Shown: positions 11,701 to 27,600 of the stretch, piece after piece
How positions within the stretch are numbered: the first letter of the stretch is position 1
Layout: the number at the start of each line of letters is the position of its first letter
DNA from: the human T2T-CHM13v2.0 reference genome, Homo sapiens
NCBI RefSeq assembly: GCF_009914755.1
Contig: NC_060941.1
Reading direction: 5' to 3' (one strand)
Length of the DNA stretch: 64,000 bases
Position numbers and translations under genes: made by a program
Notes under the pieces: generated by a model
Told to the model about the DNA's origin: nothing
Databases searched by the model: none
The model's input: the letters and a program-made list of their open reading frames with translations, nothing else

Positions 11701-14700
11701 AAGGAAATATCTTCACCTAAATACTAGATAGAAGCATTCTCAGAAACTGCTTTGTGATGATTGCATTCACCTCACAGAGTTGAACATTCCTATTGATAGA
11801 GCAGTTTGGAAACACTCTTGTTGTGGAATGTGCAAGTGGAGATTTGGAGCGCTTTGAGGCCTATGGTAGTAAAGGGAATAGCTTCATAGAAAAACTAGAC
11901 AGAAGCATTCTCAGAAAATACTTTGTGATGATTGAGTTTAACTCACAGAGCTGAACATTCCTTTGGATGGAGCAGGTTTGAGACACACTTTTTGTAGAAT
12001 CTACAAGTGGATATTTGGACCTCTCTGAGGATTTCGTTGGAAACGGGATAACTGCACCTAACTAAACGGAAGCATTCTCAGAAACTTCTTGGTGATGTTT
12101 GCATTCAAATCCCAGAGTTGAACCTTCCTTTGATAGTTCAGGTTTGAAACACTCTTTTTGTAGGATCTGCAAGTGGATATTTGGACCACTCTGTGGCCTT
12201 CGTTCGAAACGGGTATATCTTCGCATAAAATCTAGACAGAAGCCTTCTCAGAAACTTCTCTGTGATGATTGCATTCAACTCACAGAGTTGAACCCTCCTA
12301 TGGATAGAGCAGTGTTGAAACTCTCTTTTTGTGGAATCTGCAAGTGGATATGTGGACCTCTCCGAAGATGTCTTTGGAAACGGGAATATCTTCACATAAA
12401 AACTAAACAGAAGCATTCTCAGAAACTTCTCTGTGATGTTTGTGTTCAACTCCCAGAGTTTCACATTGCTTTTCATAGAGTAGTTCTGAAACATGCTTTT
12501 CGTAGTGTCTACAAGTGGACATTTGGAGCGCTTTCAGGCCTGTGGTGGAAAACGAATTATGGTCACATAAAAACTGGAGAGAAGCATTGTCAGAAACTTC
12601 TTTGTGATGATTGCATTCAACTCACAGAGTTGAAGGTTCCTTTTCAAAGAGCAGTTTCCAATCACTCTTTGTGTGGAATCTGCAAGTGGATATTTGGACC
12701 TATTTTGAAGATTTCGTTGGAAACGGGAGAATCTTCACAGGAAAGCTAAACAGAAGCATTCTCAGAAACTTCTTTGTGATGCTTGCATTCAACTCACAGA
12801 GTTGAACTTTCCTTTCGAGAGAGAAGCTTTGAAACACTCTTTTTCCAGAATCTGCAAGTGGACATTTGGAGGGCTTTGAGGCCTGTGGTGGAAAAGGAAT
12901 TATCTTCCCGTAAAAGCTAGATAGAAGCATTCTCAGAAACTACTTTGTGATGATTGCATTCAAGTCACAGAGTTGAACATTCCCTTTGACAGAGCAGTTT
13001 GGAAACTCTCTTTGTGTAGAATCTGCAAGTGGAGATATGGACCGCTTTGAGGCCTATGGTAGTAAAGGAAATAGCTTCATATAAAAGCTAGACAGTAGCA
13101 TTCACAGAAAACTCTTGGTGACGACTGAGTTTAACTCACAGAGCTGAACATTCCTTTGGATGGAGCAGTTTCGAAACACACTATTTGTAGAATGTGCAAG
13201 TGGATATTTAGGCCTCTCTGAGGATTTCGTTGGAAACGGGATAAACCGCACAGAACTAAACAGAAGCATTCTCAGAACCTTCTTCGTGATGTTTGCATTC
13301 AACTCACAGTGTTGAACCTTTCTTTGATAGTTCAGGTTTGAAACGGTCTTTCTGTAGAAACTGCAAGTAGATATTTGGACCTCTCTGAGGATTTCGTTGG
13401 AAACGGGATAACCCGCACAGAACTAAAACAGAAGCATTCTCAGAACCCTCTTCGTGATGTTTGCATTCAACTCACAGTGCTGAACCTTTCTTTGATAGTT
13501 CAGCTTTGAAACACTCTTTTTGTAGAAACTGCAAGTGGATATTTGGTCCTCTCTGAGCATTTCGTTGGAAACGGGATAAACTGCACAGAACTAAACAGAA
13601 GCATTCTCAGAACCTTCTTCGTGATGTCTGCATTCAACTCACAGTGTGGAACCTTTCTTTGATAGTTCAGGTTTGAAACACTCTTTTTGTAGAAACTGCA
13701 AGGGGATAATTGCACTCTTTGAGGAGTACCGTAGTAAAGGAAATAACTTCCTATAAAAAGAAGACAGAAGCTTTCTCAGAAAATTCTTTGGGATGATTGA
13801 GTTGAACTCACAGAGCTGAGCATTCCTTGCGATGTAGCAGTTTAGAAACACACTTTCTGCAGAATCTGCAAGTGCATATTTGGACCTCTGTGAGGAATTC
13901 GTTGGAAACGGGATAATTTCAGCTGACTAAACAGAAGCAGTCTCAGAATCTTCTTTGTGATGTTTGCATTCAAATCCCCGAGTTGAACTTTCCTTTCAAA
14001 GTTCACGTTTGAAACACTCTTTTTGCAGGATCTACAAGTGGATATTTGGACCACTCTGTGTCCTTCGTTCGAAACGGGTATATCTTCACATGACATCTAG
14101 ACAGAAGCATCCTCAGAAGCTTCTCTGTGATGACTGCATTCAACTCACGGAGTTGAACACTCCTTTTGAGAGCGCAGTTTTGAAACTCTCTTTCTGTGGC
14201 ATCTGCAAGGGGACACGTAGACCTCTTTGAAGATTTCGTTGGAAACGGAATCATCTTCACATAAAAACTATACAGACGCATTCTCAGGAACTTTTTGGTG
14301 ATGTTTGTATTCAACTCCCAGAGTTGAACTTTCCTTTGGAAAGAGCAGCTATGAAACACTCTTTTTCTAGAATCTGCAAGTGGACGTTTCGAGGGCTTTG
14401 TGGTTTGTGGTGGAAAAGGAAATATCTTCACCTAAATACTAGATAGAAGCATTCTCAGAAACTGCTTTGTGATGATTGCATTCACCTCACAGAGTTGAAC
14501 ATTCCTATTGATAGAGCAGTTTGGAAACACTCTTGTTGTGGAATGTGCAAGTGGAGATTTGGAGCGCTTTGAGGCCTATGGTAGTAAAGGGAATAGCTTC
14601 ATAGAAAAACTAGACAGAAGCATTCTCAGAAAATACTTTGTGATGATTGAGTTTAACTCACAGAGCTGAACATTCCTTTGGATGGAGCAGGTTTGAGACA

Positions 14701-17700
14701 CACTTTTTGTAGAATCTACAAGTGGATATTTGGACCTCTCTGAGGATTTCGTTGGAAACGGGATAACTGCACCTAACTAAACGGAAGCATTCTCAGAAAC
14801 TTCTTGGTGATGTTTGCATTCAAATCCCAGAGTTGAACCTTCCTTTGATAGTTCAGGTTTGAAACACTCTTTTTGTAGGATCTGCAAGTGGATATTTGGA
14901 CCACTCTGTGGCCTTCGTTCGAAACGGGTATATCTTCGCATAAAATCTAGACAGAAGCCTTCTCAGAAACTTCTCTGTGATGATTGCATTCAACTCACAG
15001 AGTTGAACCCTCCTATGGATAGAGCAGTGTTGAAACTCTCTTTTTGTGGAATCTGCAAGTGGATATGTGGACCTCTCCGAAGATGTCTTTGGAAACGGGA
15101 ATATCTTCACATAAAAACTAAACAGAAGCATTCTCAGAAACTTCTCTGTGATGTTTGTGTTCAACTCCCAGAGTTTCACATTGCTTTTCATAGAGTAGTT
15201 CTGAAACATGCTTTTCGTAGTGTCTACAAGTGGACATTTGGAGCGCTTTCAGGCCTGTGGTGGAAAACGAATTATGGTCACATAAAAACTGGAGAGAAGC
15301 ATTGTCAGAAACTTCTTTGTGATGATTGCATTCAACTCACAGAGTTGAAGGTTCCTTTTCAAAGAGCAGTTTCCAATCACTCTTTGTGTGGAATCTGCAA
15401 GTGGATATTCGGACCTATTTTGAAGATTTCGTTGGAAACGGGAGAATCTTCACAGGAAAGCTAAACAGAAGCATTCTCAGAAACTTCTTTGTGATGCTTG
15501 CATTCAACTCACAGAGTTGAACTTTCCTTTCGAGAGAGAAGCTTTGAAACACTCTTTTTCCAGAATCTGCAAGTGGACATTTGGAGGGCTTTGAGGCCTG
15601 TGGTGGAAAAGGAATTATCTTCCCGTAAAAGCTAGATAGAAGCATTCTCAGAAACTACTTTGTGATGATTGCATTCAAGTCACAGAGTTGAACATTCCCT
15701 TTGACAGAGCAGTTTGGAAACTCTCTTTGTGTAGAATCTGCAAGTGGAGATATGGACCGCTTTGAGGCCTATGGTAGTAAAGGAAATAGCTTCATATAAA
15801 AGCTAGACAGTAGCATTCACAGAAAACTCTTGGTGACGACTGAGTTTAACTCACAGAGCTGAACATTCCTTTGGATGGAGCAGTTTCGAAACACACTATT
15901 TGTAGAATGTGCAAGTGGATATTTAGGCCTCTCTGAGGATTTCGTTGGAAACGGGATAAACCGCACAGAACTAAACAGAAGCATTCTCAGAACCTTCTTC
16001 GTGATGTTTGCATTCAACTCACAGTGTTGAACCTTTCTTTGATAGTTCAGGTTTGAAACGGTCTTTCTGTAGAAACTGCAAGTAGATATTTGGACCTCTC
16101 TGAGGATTTCGTTGGAAACGGGATAACCCGCACAGAACTAAAACAGAAGCATTCTCAGAACCCTCTTCGTGATGTTTGCATTCAACTCACAGTGCTGAAC
16201 CTTTCTTTGATAGTTCAGCTTTGAAACACTCTTTTTGTAGAAACTGCAAGTGGATATTTGGTCCTCTCTGAGCATTTCGTTGGAAACGGGATAAACTGCA
16301 CAGAACTAAACAGAAGCATTCTCAGAACCTTCTTCGTGATGTCTGCATTCAACTCACAGTGTGGAACCTTTCTTTGATAGTTCAGGTTTGAAACACTCTT
16401 TTTGTAGAAACTGCAAGGGGATAATTGCACTCTTTGAGGAGTACCGTAGTAAAGGAAATAACTTCCTATAAAAAGAAGACAGAAGCTTTCTCAGAAAATT
16501 CTTTGGGATGATTGAGTTGAACTCACAGAGCTGAGCATTCCTTGCGATGTAGCAGTTTAGAAACACACTTTCTGCAGAATCTGCAAGTGCATATTTGGAC
16601 CTCTGTGAGGAATTCGTTGGAAACGGGATAATTTCAGCTGACTAAACAGAAGCAGTCTCAGAATCTTCTTTGTGATGTTTGCATTCAAATCCCCGAGTTG
16701 AACTTTCCTTTCAAAGTTCACGTTTGAAACACTCTTTTTGCAGGATCTACAAGTGGATATTTGGACCACTCTGTGTCCTTCGTTCGAAACGGGTATATCT
16801 TCACATGACATCTAGACAGAAGCATCCTCAGAAGCTTCTCTGTGATGACTGCATTCAACTCACGGAGTTGAACACTCCTTTTGAGAGCGCAGTTTTGAAA
16901 CTCTCTTTCTGTGGCATCTGCAAGGGGACACGTAGACCTCTTTGAAGATTTCGTTGGAAACGGAATCATCTTCACATAAAAACTATACAGACGCATTCTC
17001 AGGAACTTTTTGGTGATGTTTGTATTCAACTCCCAGAGTTGAACTTTCCTTTGGAAAGAGCAGCTATGAAACACTCTTTTTCTAGAATCTGCAAGTGGAC
17101 GTTTGGAGGGCTTTGTGGTTTGTGGTGGAAAAGGAAATATCTTCACCTAAATACTAGATAGAAGCATTCTCAGAAACTGCTTTGTGATGATTGCATTCAC
17201 CTCACAGAGTTGAACATTCCTATTGATAGAGCAGTTTGGAAACACTCTTGTTGTGGAATGTGCAAGTGGAGATTTGGAGCGCTTTGAGGCCTATGGTAGT
17301 AAAGGGAATAGCTTCATAGAAAAACTAGACAGAAGCATTCTCAGAAAATACTTTGTGATGATTGAGTTTAACTCACAGAGCTGAACATTCCTTTGGATGG
17401 AGCAGGTTTGAGACACACTTTTTGTAGAATCTACAAGTGGATATTTGGACCTCTCTGAGGATTTCGTTGGAAACGGGATAACTGCACCTAACTAAACGGA
17501 AGCATTCTCAGAAACTTCTTGGTGATGTTTGCATTCAAATCCCAGAGTTGAACCTTCCTTTGATAGTTCAGGTTTGAAACACTCTTTTTGTAGGATCTGC
17601 AAGTGGATATTTGGACCACTCTGTGGCCTTCGTTCGAAACGGGTATATCTTCGCATAAAATCTAGACAGAAGCCTTCTCAGAAACTTCTCTGTGATGATT

Positions 17701-18654
17701 GCATTCAACTCACAGAGTTGAACCCTCCTATGGATAGAGCAGTGTTGAAACTCTCTTTTTGTGGAATCTGCAAGTGGATATGTGGACCTCTCCGAAGATG
17801 TCTTTGGAAACGGGAATATCTTCACATAAAAACTAAACAGAAGCATTCTCAGAAACTTCTCTGTGATGTTTGTGTTCAACTCCCAGAGTTTCACATTGCT
17901 TTTCATAGAGTAGTTCTGAAACATGCTTTTCGTAGTGTCTACAAGTGGACATTTGGAGCGCTTTCAGGCCTGTGGTGGAAAACGAATTATGGTCACATAA
18001 AAACTGGAGAGAAGCATTGTCAGAAACTTCTTTGTGATGATTGCATTCAACTCACAGAGTTGAAGGTTCCTTTTCAAAGAGCAGTTTCCAATCACTCTTT
18101 GTGTGGAATCTGCAAGTGGATATTTGGACCTATTTTGAAGATTTCGTTGGAAACGGGAGAATCTTCACAGGAAAGCTAAACAGAAGCATTCTCAGAAACT
18201 TCTTTGTGATGCTTGCATTCAACTCACAGAGTTGAACTTTCCTTTCGAGAGAGAAGCTTTGAAACACTCTTTTTCCAGAATCTGCAAGTGGACATTTGGA
18301 GGGCTTTGAGGCCTGTGGTGGAAAAGGAATTATCTTCCCGTAAAAGCTAGATAGAAGCATTCTCAGAAACTACTTTGTGATGATTGCATTCAAGTCACAG
18401 AGTTGAACATTCCCTTTGACAGAGCAGTTTGGAAACTCTCTTTGTGTAGAATCTGCAAGTGGAGATATGGACCGCTTTGAGGCCTATGGTAGTAAAGGAA
18501 ATAGCTTCATATAAAAGCTAGACAGTAGCATTCACAGAAAACTCTTGGTGACGACTGAGTTTAACTCACAGAGCTGAACATTCCTTTGGATGGAGCAGTT
18601 TCGAAACACACTATTTGTAGAATGTGCAAGTGGATATTTAGGCCTCTCTGAGGA

Positions 18655-18671
18655 TTTCGTTGGAAATGGGA
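18655..18671 (+). promoter_or_regulatory. Mutated CENP-B box (m14, HOR copy 7): CGGG>TGGG
   Basis: tttcgttggaaaTggga, C>T at 18667. Confidence 0.85.
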
Positions 18672-21600
18672 TAAACCGCACAGAACTAAACAGAAGCATT
18701 CTCAGAACCTTCTTCGTGATGTTTGCATTCAACTCACAGTGTTGAACCTTTCTTTGATAGTTCAGGTTTGAAACGGTCTTTCTGTAGAAACTGCAAGTAG
18801 ATATTTGGACCTCTCTGAGGATTTCGTTGGAAACGGGATAACCCGCATAGAACTAAAACAGAAGCATTCTCAGAACCCTCTTCGTGATGTTTGCATTCAA
18901 CTCACAGTGCTGAACCTTTCTTTGATAGTTCAGCTTTGAAACACTCTTTTTGTAGAAACTGCAAGTGGATATTTGGTCCTCTCTGAGCATTTCGTTGGAA
19001 ACGGGATAAACTGCACAGAACTAAACAGAAGCATTCTCAGAACCTTCTTCGTGATGTCTGCATTCAACTCACAGTGTGGAACCTTTCTTTGATAGTTCAG
19101 GTTTGAAACACTCTTTTTGTAGAAACTGCAAGGGGATAATTGCACTCTTTGAGGAGTACCGTAGTAAAGGAAATAACTTCCTATAAAAAGAAGACAGAAG
19201 CTTTCTCAGAAAATTCTTTGGGATGATTGAGTTGAACTCACAGAGCTGAGCATTCCTTGCGATGTAGCAGTTTAGAAACACACTTTCTGCAGAATCTGCA
19301 AGTGCATATTTGGACCTCTGTGAGGAATTCGTTGGAAACGGGATAATTTCAGCTGACTAAACAGAAGCAGTCTCAGAATCTTCTTTGTGATGTTTGCATT
19401 CAAATCCCCGAGTTGAACTTTCCTTTCAAAGTTCACGTTTGAAACACTCTTTTTGCAGGATCTACAAGTGGATATTTGGACCACTCTGTGTCCTTCGTTC
19501 GAAACGGGTATATCTTCACATGACATCTAGACAGAAGCATCCTCAGAAGCTTCTCTGTGATGACTGCATTCAACTCACGGAGTTGAACACTCCTTTTGAG
19601 AGCGCAGTTTTGAAACTCTCTTTCTGTGGCATCTGCAAGGGGACATGTAGACCTCTTTGAAGATTTCGTTGGAAACGGAATCATCTTCACATAAAAACTA
19701 TACAGACGCATTCTCAGGAACTTTTTGGTGATGTTTGTATTCAACTCCCAGAGTTGAACTTTCCTTTGGAAAGAGCAGCTATGAAACACTCTTTTTCTAG
19801 AATCTGCAAGTGGACGTTTGGAGGGCTTTGTGGTTTGTGGTGGAAAAGGAAATATCTTCACCTAAATACTAGATAGAAGCATTCTCAGAAACTGCTTTGT
19901 GATGATTGCATTCACCTCACAGAGTTGAACATTCCTATTGATAGAGCAGTTTGGAAACACTCTTGTTGTGGAATGTGCAAGTGGAGATTTGGAGCGCTTT
20001 GAGGCCTATGGTAGTAAAGGGAATAGCTTCATAGAAAAACTAGACAGAAGCATTCTCAGAAAATACTTTGTGATGATTGAGTTTAACTCACAGAGCTGAA
20101 CATTCCTTTGGATGGAGCAGGTTTGAGACACACTTTTTGTAGAATCTACAAGTGGATATTTGGACCTCTCTGAGGATTTCGTTGGAAACGGGATAACTGC
20201 ACCTAACTAAACGGAAGCATTCTCAGAAACTTCTTGGTGATGTTTGCATTCAAATCCCAGAGTTGAACCTTCCTTTGATAGTTCAGGTTTGAAACACTCT
20301 TTTTGTAGGATCTGCAAGTGGATATTTGGACCACTCTGTGGCCTTCGTTCGAAACGGGTATATCTTCGCATAAAATCTAGACAGAAGCCTTCTCAGAAAC
20401 TTCTCTGTGATGATTGCATTCAACTCACAGAGTTGAACCCTCCTATGGATAGAGCAGTGTTGAAACTCTCTTTTTGTGGAATCTGCAAGTGGATATGTGG
20501 ACCTCTCCGAAGATGTCTTTGGAAACGGGAATATCTTCACATAAAAACTAAACAGAAGCATTCTCAGAAACTTCTCTGTGATGTTTGTGTTCAACTCCCA
20601 GAGTTTCACATTGCTTTTCATAGAGTAGTTCTGAAACATGCTTTTCGTAGTGTCTACAAGTGGACATTTGGAGCGCTTTCAGGCCTGTGGTGGAAAACGA
20701 ATTATGGTCACATAAAAACTGGAGAGAAGCATTGTCAGAAACTTCTTTGTGATGATTGCATTCAACTCACAGAGTTGAAGGTTCCTTTTCAAAGAGCAGT
20801 TTCCAATCACTCTTTCTGTGGAATCTGCAAGTGGATATTTGGACCTATTTTGAAGATTTCGTTGGAAACGGGAGAATCTTCACAGGAAAGCTAAACAGAA
20901 GCATTCTCAGAAACTTCTTTGTGATGCTTGCATTCAACTCACAGAGTTGAACTTTCCTTTCGAGAGAGAAGCTTTGAAACACTCTTTTTCCAGAATCTGC
21001 AAGTGGACATTTGGAGGGCTTTGAGGCCTGTGGTGGAAAAGGAATTATCTTCCCGTAAAAGCTAGATAGAAGCATTCTCAGAAACTACTTTGTGATGATT
21101 GCATTCAAGTCACAGAGTTGAACATTCCCTTTGACAGAGCAGTTTGGAAACTCTCTTTGTGTAGAATCTGCAAGTGGAGATATGGACCGCTTTGAGGCCT
21201 ATGGTAGTAAAGGAAATAGCTTCATATAAAAGCTAGACAGTAGCATTCACAGAAAACTCTTGGTGACGACTGAGTTTAACTCACAGAGCTGAACATTCCT
21301 TTGGATGGAGCAGTTTCGAAACACACTATTTGTAGAATGTGCAAGTGGATATTTAGGCCTCTCTGAGGATTTCGTTGGAAACGGGATAAACCGCACAGAA
21401 CTAAACAGAAGCATTCTCAGAACCTTCTTCGTGATGTTTGCATTCAACTCACAGTGTTGAACCTTTCTTTGATAGTTCAGGTTTGAAACGGTCTTTCTGT
21501 AGAAACTGCAAGTAGATATTTGGACCTCTCTGAGGATTTCGTTGGAAACGGGATAACCCGCACAGAACTAAAACAGAAGCATTCTCAGAACCCTCTTCGT

Positions 21601-24600
21601 GATGTTTGCATTCAACTCACAGTGCTGAACCTTTCTTTGATAGTTCAGCTTTGAAACACTCTTTTTGTAGAAACTGCAAGTGGATATTTGGTCCTCTCTG
21701 AGCATTTCGTTGGAAACGGGATAAACTGCACAGAACTAAACAGAAGCATTCTCAGAACCTTCTTCGTGATGTCTGCATTCAACTCACAGTGTGGAACCTT
21801 TCTTTGATAGTTCAGGTTTGAAACACTCTTTTTGTAGAAACTGCAAGGGGATAATTGCACTCTTTGAGGAGTACCGTAGTAAAGGAAATAACTTCCTATA
21901 AAAAGAAGACAGAAGCTTTCTCAGAAAATTCTTTGGGATGATTGAGTTGAACTCACAGAGCTGAGCATTCCTTGCGATGTAGCAGTTTAGAAACACACTT
22001 TCTGCAGAATCTGCAAGTGCATATTTGGACCTCTGTGAGGAATTCGTTGGAAACGGGATAATTTCAGCTGACTAAACAGAAGCAGTCTCAGAATCTTCTT
22101 TGTGATGTTTGCATTCAAATCCCCGAGTTGAACTTTCCTTTCAAAGTTCACGTTTGAAACACTCTTTTTGCAGGATCTACAAGTGGATATTTGGACCACT
22201 CTGTGTCCTTCGTTCGAAACGGGTATATCTTCACATGACATCTAGACAGAAGCATCCTCAGAAGCTTCTCTGTGATGACTGCATTCAACTCACGGAGTTG
22301 AACACTCCTTTTGAGAGCGCAGTTTTGAAACTCTCTTTCTGTGGCATCTGCAAGGGGACACGTAGACCTCTTTGAAGATTTCGTTGGAAACGGAATCATC
22401 TTCACATAAAAACTATACAGACGCATTCTCAGGAACTTTTTGGTGATGTTTGTATTCAACTCCCAGAGTTGAACTTTCCTTTGGAAAGAGCAGCTATGAA
22501 ACACTCTTTTTCTAGAATCTGCAAGTGGACGTTTGGAGGGCTTTGTGGTTTGTGGTGGAAAAGGAAATATCTTCACCTAAATACTAGATAGAAGCATTCT
22601 CAGAAACTGCTTTGTGATGATTGCATTCACCTCACAGAGTTGAACATTCCTATTGATAGAGCAGTTTGGAAACACTCTTGTTGTGGAATGTGCAAGTGGA
22701 GATTTGGAGCGCTTTGAGGCCTATGGTAGTAAAGGGAATAGCTTCATAGAAAAACTAGACAGAAGCATTCTCAGAAAATACTTTGTGATGATTGAGTTTA
22801 ACTCACAGAGCTGAACATTCCTTTGGATGGAGCAGGTTTGAGACACACTTTTTGTAGAATCTACAAGTGGATATTTGGACCTCTCTGAGGATTTCGTTGG
22901 AAACGGGATAACTGCACCTAACTAAACGGAAGCATTCTCAGAAACTTCTTGGTGATGTTTGCATTCAAATCCCAGAGTTGAACCTTCCTTTGATAGTTCA
23001 GGTTTGAAACACTCTTTTTGTAGGATCTGCAAGTGGATATTTGGACCACTCTGTGGCCTTCGTTCGAAACGGGTATATCTTCGCATAAAATCTAGACAGA
23101 AGCCTTCTCAGAAACTTCTCTGTGATGATTGCATTCAACTCACAGAGTTGAACCCTCCTATGGATAGAGCAGTGTTGAAACTCTCTTTTTGTGGAATCTG
23201 CAAGTGGATATGTGGACCTCTCCGAAGATGTCTTTGGAAACGGGAATATCTTCACATAAAAACTAAACAGAAGCATTCTCAGAAACTTCTCTGTGATGTT
23301 TGTGTTCAACTCCCAGAGTTTCACATTGCTTTTCATAGAGTAGTTCTGAAACATGCTTTTCGTAGTGTCTACAAGTGGACATTTGGAGCGCTTTCAGGCC
23401 TGTGGTGGAAAACGAATTATGGTCACATAAAAACTGGAGAGAAGCATTGTCAGAAACTTCTTTGTGATGATTGCATTCAACTCACAGAGTTGAAGGTTCC
23501 TTTTCAAAGAGCAGTTTCCAATCACTCTTTGTGTGGAATCTGCAAGTGGATATTTGGACCTATTTTGAAGATTTCGTTGGAAACGGGAGAATCTTCACAG
23601 GAAAGCTAAACAGAAGCATTCTCAGAAACTTCTTTGTGATGCTTGCATTCAACTCACAGAGTTGAACTTTCCTTTCGAGAGAGAAGCTTTGAAACACTCT
23701 TTTTCCAGAATCTGCAAGTGGACATTTGGAGGGCTTTGAGGCCTGTGGTGGAAAAGGAATTATCTTCCCGTAAAAGCTAGATAGAAGCATTCTCAGAAAC
23801 TACTTTGTGATGATTGCATTCAAGTCACAGAGTTGAACATTCCCTTTGACAGAGCAGTTTGGAAACTCTCTTTGTGTAGAATCTGCAAGTGGAGATATGG
23901 ACCGCTTTGAGGCCTATGGTAGTAAAGGAAATAGCTTCATATAAAAGCTAGACAGTAGCATTCACAGAAAACTCTTGGTGACGACTGAGTTTAACTCACA
24001 GAGCTGAACATTCCTTTGGATGGAGCAGTTTCGAAACACACTATTTGTAGAATGTGCAAGTGGATATTTAGGCCTCTCTGAGGATTTCGTTGGAAACGGG
24101 ATAAACCGCACAGAACTAAACAGAAGCATTCTCAGAACCTTCTTCGTGATGTTTGCATTCAACTCACAGTGTTGAACCTTTCTTTGATAGTTCAGGTTTG
24201 AAACGGTCTTTCTGTAGAAACTGCAAGTAGATATTTGGACCTCTCTGAGGATTTCGTTGGAAACGGGATAACCCGCACAGAACTAAAACAGAAGCATTCT
24301 CAGAACCCTCTTCGTGATGTTTGCATTCAACTCACAGTGCTGAACCTTTCTTTGATAGTTCAGCTTTGAAACACTCTTTTTGTAGAAACTGCAAGTGGAT
24401 ATTTGGTCCTCTCTGAGCATTTCGTTGGAAACGGGATAAACTGCACAGAACTAAACAGAAGCATTCTCAGAACCTTCTTCGTGATGTCTGCATTCAACTC
24501 ACAGTGTGGAACCTTTCTTTGATAGTTCAGGTTTGAAACACTCTTTTTGTAGAAACTGCAAGGGGATAATTGCACTCTTTGAGGAGTACCGTAGTAAAGG

Positions 24601-27600
24601 AAATAACTTCCTATAAAAAGAAGACAGAAGCTTTCTCAGAAAATTCTTTGGGATGATTGAGTTGAACTCACAGAGCTGAGCATTCCTTGCGATGTAGCAG
24701 TTTAGAAACACACTTTCTGCAGAATCTGCAAGTGCATATTTGGACCTCTGTGAGGAATTCGTTGGAAACGGGATAATTTCAGCTGACTAAACAGAAGCAG
24801 TCTCAGAATCTTCTTTGTGATGTTTGCATTCAAATCCCCGAGTTGAACTTTCCTTTCAAAGTTCACGTTTGAAACACTCTTTTTGCAGGATCTACAAGTG
24901 GATATTTGGACCACTCTGTGTCCTTCGTTCGAAACGGGTATATCTTCACATGACATCTAGACAGAAGCATCCTCAGAAGCTTCTCTGTGATGACTGCATT
25001 CAACTCACGGAGTTGAACACTCCTTTTGAGAGCGCAGTTTTGAAACTCTCTTTCTGTGGCATCTGCAAGGGGACACGTAGACCTCTTTGAAGATTTCGTT
25101 GGAAACGGAATCATCTTCACATAAAAACTATACAGACGCATTCTCAGGAACTTTTTGGTGATGTTTGTATTCAACTCCCAGAGTTGAACTTTCCTTTGGA
25201 AAGAGCAGCTATGAAACACTCTTTTTCTAGAATCTGCAAGTGGACGTTTGGAGGGCTTTGTGGTTTGTGGTGGAAAAGGAAATATCTTCACCTAAATACT
25301 AGATAGAAGCATTCTCAGAAACTGCTTTGTGATGATTGCATTCACCTCACAGAGTTGAACATTCCTATTGATAGAGCAGTTTGGAAACACTCTTGTTGTG
25401 GAATGTGCAAGTGGAGATTTGGAGCGCTTTGAGGCCTATGGTAGTAAAGGGAATAGCTTCATAGAAAAACTAGACAGAAGCATTCTCAGAAAATACTTTG
25501 TGATGATTGAGTTTAACTCACAGAGCTGAACATTCCTTTGGATGGAGCAGGTTTGAGACACACTTTTTGTAGAATCTACAAGTGGATATTTGGACCTCTC
25601 TGAGGATTTCGTTGGAAACGGGATAACTGCACCTAACTAAACGGAAGCATTCTCAGAAACTTCTTGGTGATGTTTGCATTCAAATCCCAGAGTTGAACCT
25701 TCCTTTGATAGTTCAGGTTTGAAACACTCTTTTTGTAGGATCTGCAAGTGGATATTTGGACCACTCTGTGGCCTTCGTTCGAAACGGGTATATCTTCGCA
25801 TAAAATCTAGACAGAAGCCTTCTCAGAAACTTCTCTGTGATGATTGCATTCAACTCACAGAGTTGAACCCTCCTATGGATAGAGCAGTGTTGAAACTCTC
25901 TTTTTGTGGAATCTGCAAGTGGATATGTGGACCTCTCCGAAGATGTCTTTGGAAACGGGAATATCTTCACATAAAAACTAAACAGAAGCATTCTCAGAAA
26001 CTTCTCTGTGATGTTTGTGTTCAACTCCCAGAGTTTCACATTGCTTTTCATAGAGTAGTTCTGAAACATGCTTTTCGTAGTGTCTACAAGTGGACATTTG
26101 GAGCGCTTTCAGGCCTGTGGTGGAAAACGAATTATGGTCACATAAAAACTGGAGAGAAGCATTGTCAGAAACTTCTTTGTGATGATTGCATTCAACTCAC
26201 AGAGTTGAAGGTTCCTTTTCAAAGAGCAGTTTCCAATCACTCTTTGTGTGGAATCTGCAAGTGGATATTTGGACCTATTTTGAAGATTTCGTTGGAAACG
26301 GGAGAATCTTCACAGGAAAGCTAAACAGAAGCATTCTCAGAAACTTCTTTGTGATGCTTGCATTCAACTCACAGAGTTGAACTTTCCTTTCGAGAGAGAA
26401 GCTTTGAAACACTCTTTTTCCAGAATCTGCAAGTGGACATTTGGAGGGCTTTGAGGCCTGTGGTGGAAAAGGAATTATCTTCCCGTAAAAGCTAGATAGA
26501 AGCATTCTCAGAAACTACTTTGTGATGATTGCATTCAAGTCACAGAGTTGAACATTCCCTTTGACAGAGCAGTTTGGAAACTCTCTTTGTGTAGAATCTG
26601 CAAGTGGAGATATGGACCGCTTTGAGGCCTATGGTAGTAAAGGAAATAGCTTCATATAAAAGCTAGACAGTAGCATTCACAGAAAACTCTTGGTGACGAC
26701 TGAGTTTAACTCACAGAGCTGAACATTCCTTTGGATGGAGCAGTTTCGAAACACACTATTTGTAGAATGTGCAAGTGGATATTTAGGCCTCTCTGAGGAT
26801 TTCGTTGGAAACGGGATAAACCGCACAGAACTAAACAGAAGCATTCTCAGAACCTTCTTCGTGATGTTTGCATTCAACTCACAGTGTTGAACCTTTCTTT
26901 GATAGTTCAGGTTTGAAACGGTCTTTCTGTAGAAACTGCAAGTAGATATTTGGACCTCTCTGAGGATTTCGTTGGAAACGGGATAACCCGCACAGAACTA
27001 AAACAGAAGCATTCTCAGAACCCTCTTCGTGATGTTTGCATTCAACTCACAGTGCTGAACCTTTCTTTGATAGTTCAGCTTTGAAACACTCTTTTTGTAG
27101 AAACTGCAAGTGGATATTTGGTCCTCTCTGAGCATTTCGTTGGAAACGGGATAAACTGCACAGAACTAAACAGAAGCATTCTCAGAACCTTCTTCGTGAT
27201 GTCTGCATTCAACTCACAGTGTGGAACCTTTCTTTGATAGTTCAGGTTTGAAACACTCTTTTTGTAGAAACTGCAAGGGGATAATTGCACTCTTTGAGGA
27301 GTACCGTAGTAAAGGAAATAACTTCCTATAAAAAGAAGACAGAAGCTTTCTCAGAAAATTCTTTGGGATGATTGAGTTGAACTCACAGAGCTGAGCATTC
27401 CTTGCGATGTAGCAGTTTAGAAACACACTTTCTGCAGAATCTGCAAGTGCATATTTGGACCTCTGTGAGGAATTCGTTGGAAACGGGATAATTTCAGCTG
27501 ACTAAACAGAAGCAGTCTCAGAATCTTCTTTGTGATGTTTGCATTCAAATCCCCGAGTTGAACTTTCCTTTCAAAGTTCACGTTTGAAACACTCTTTTTG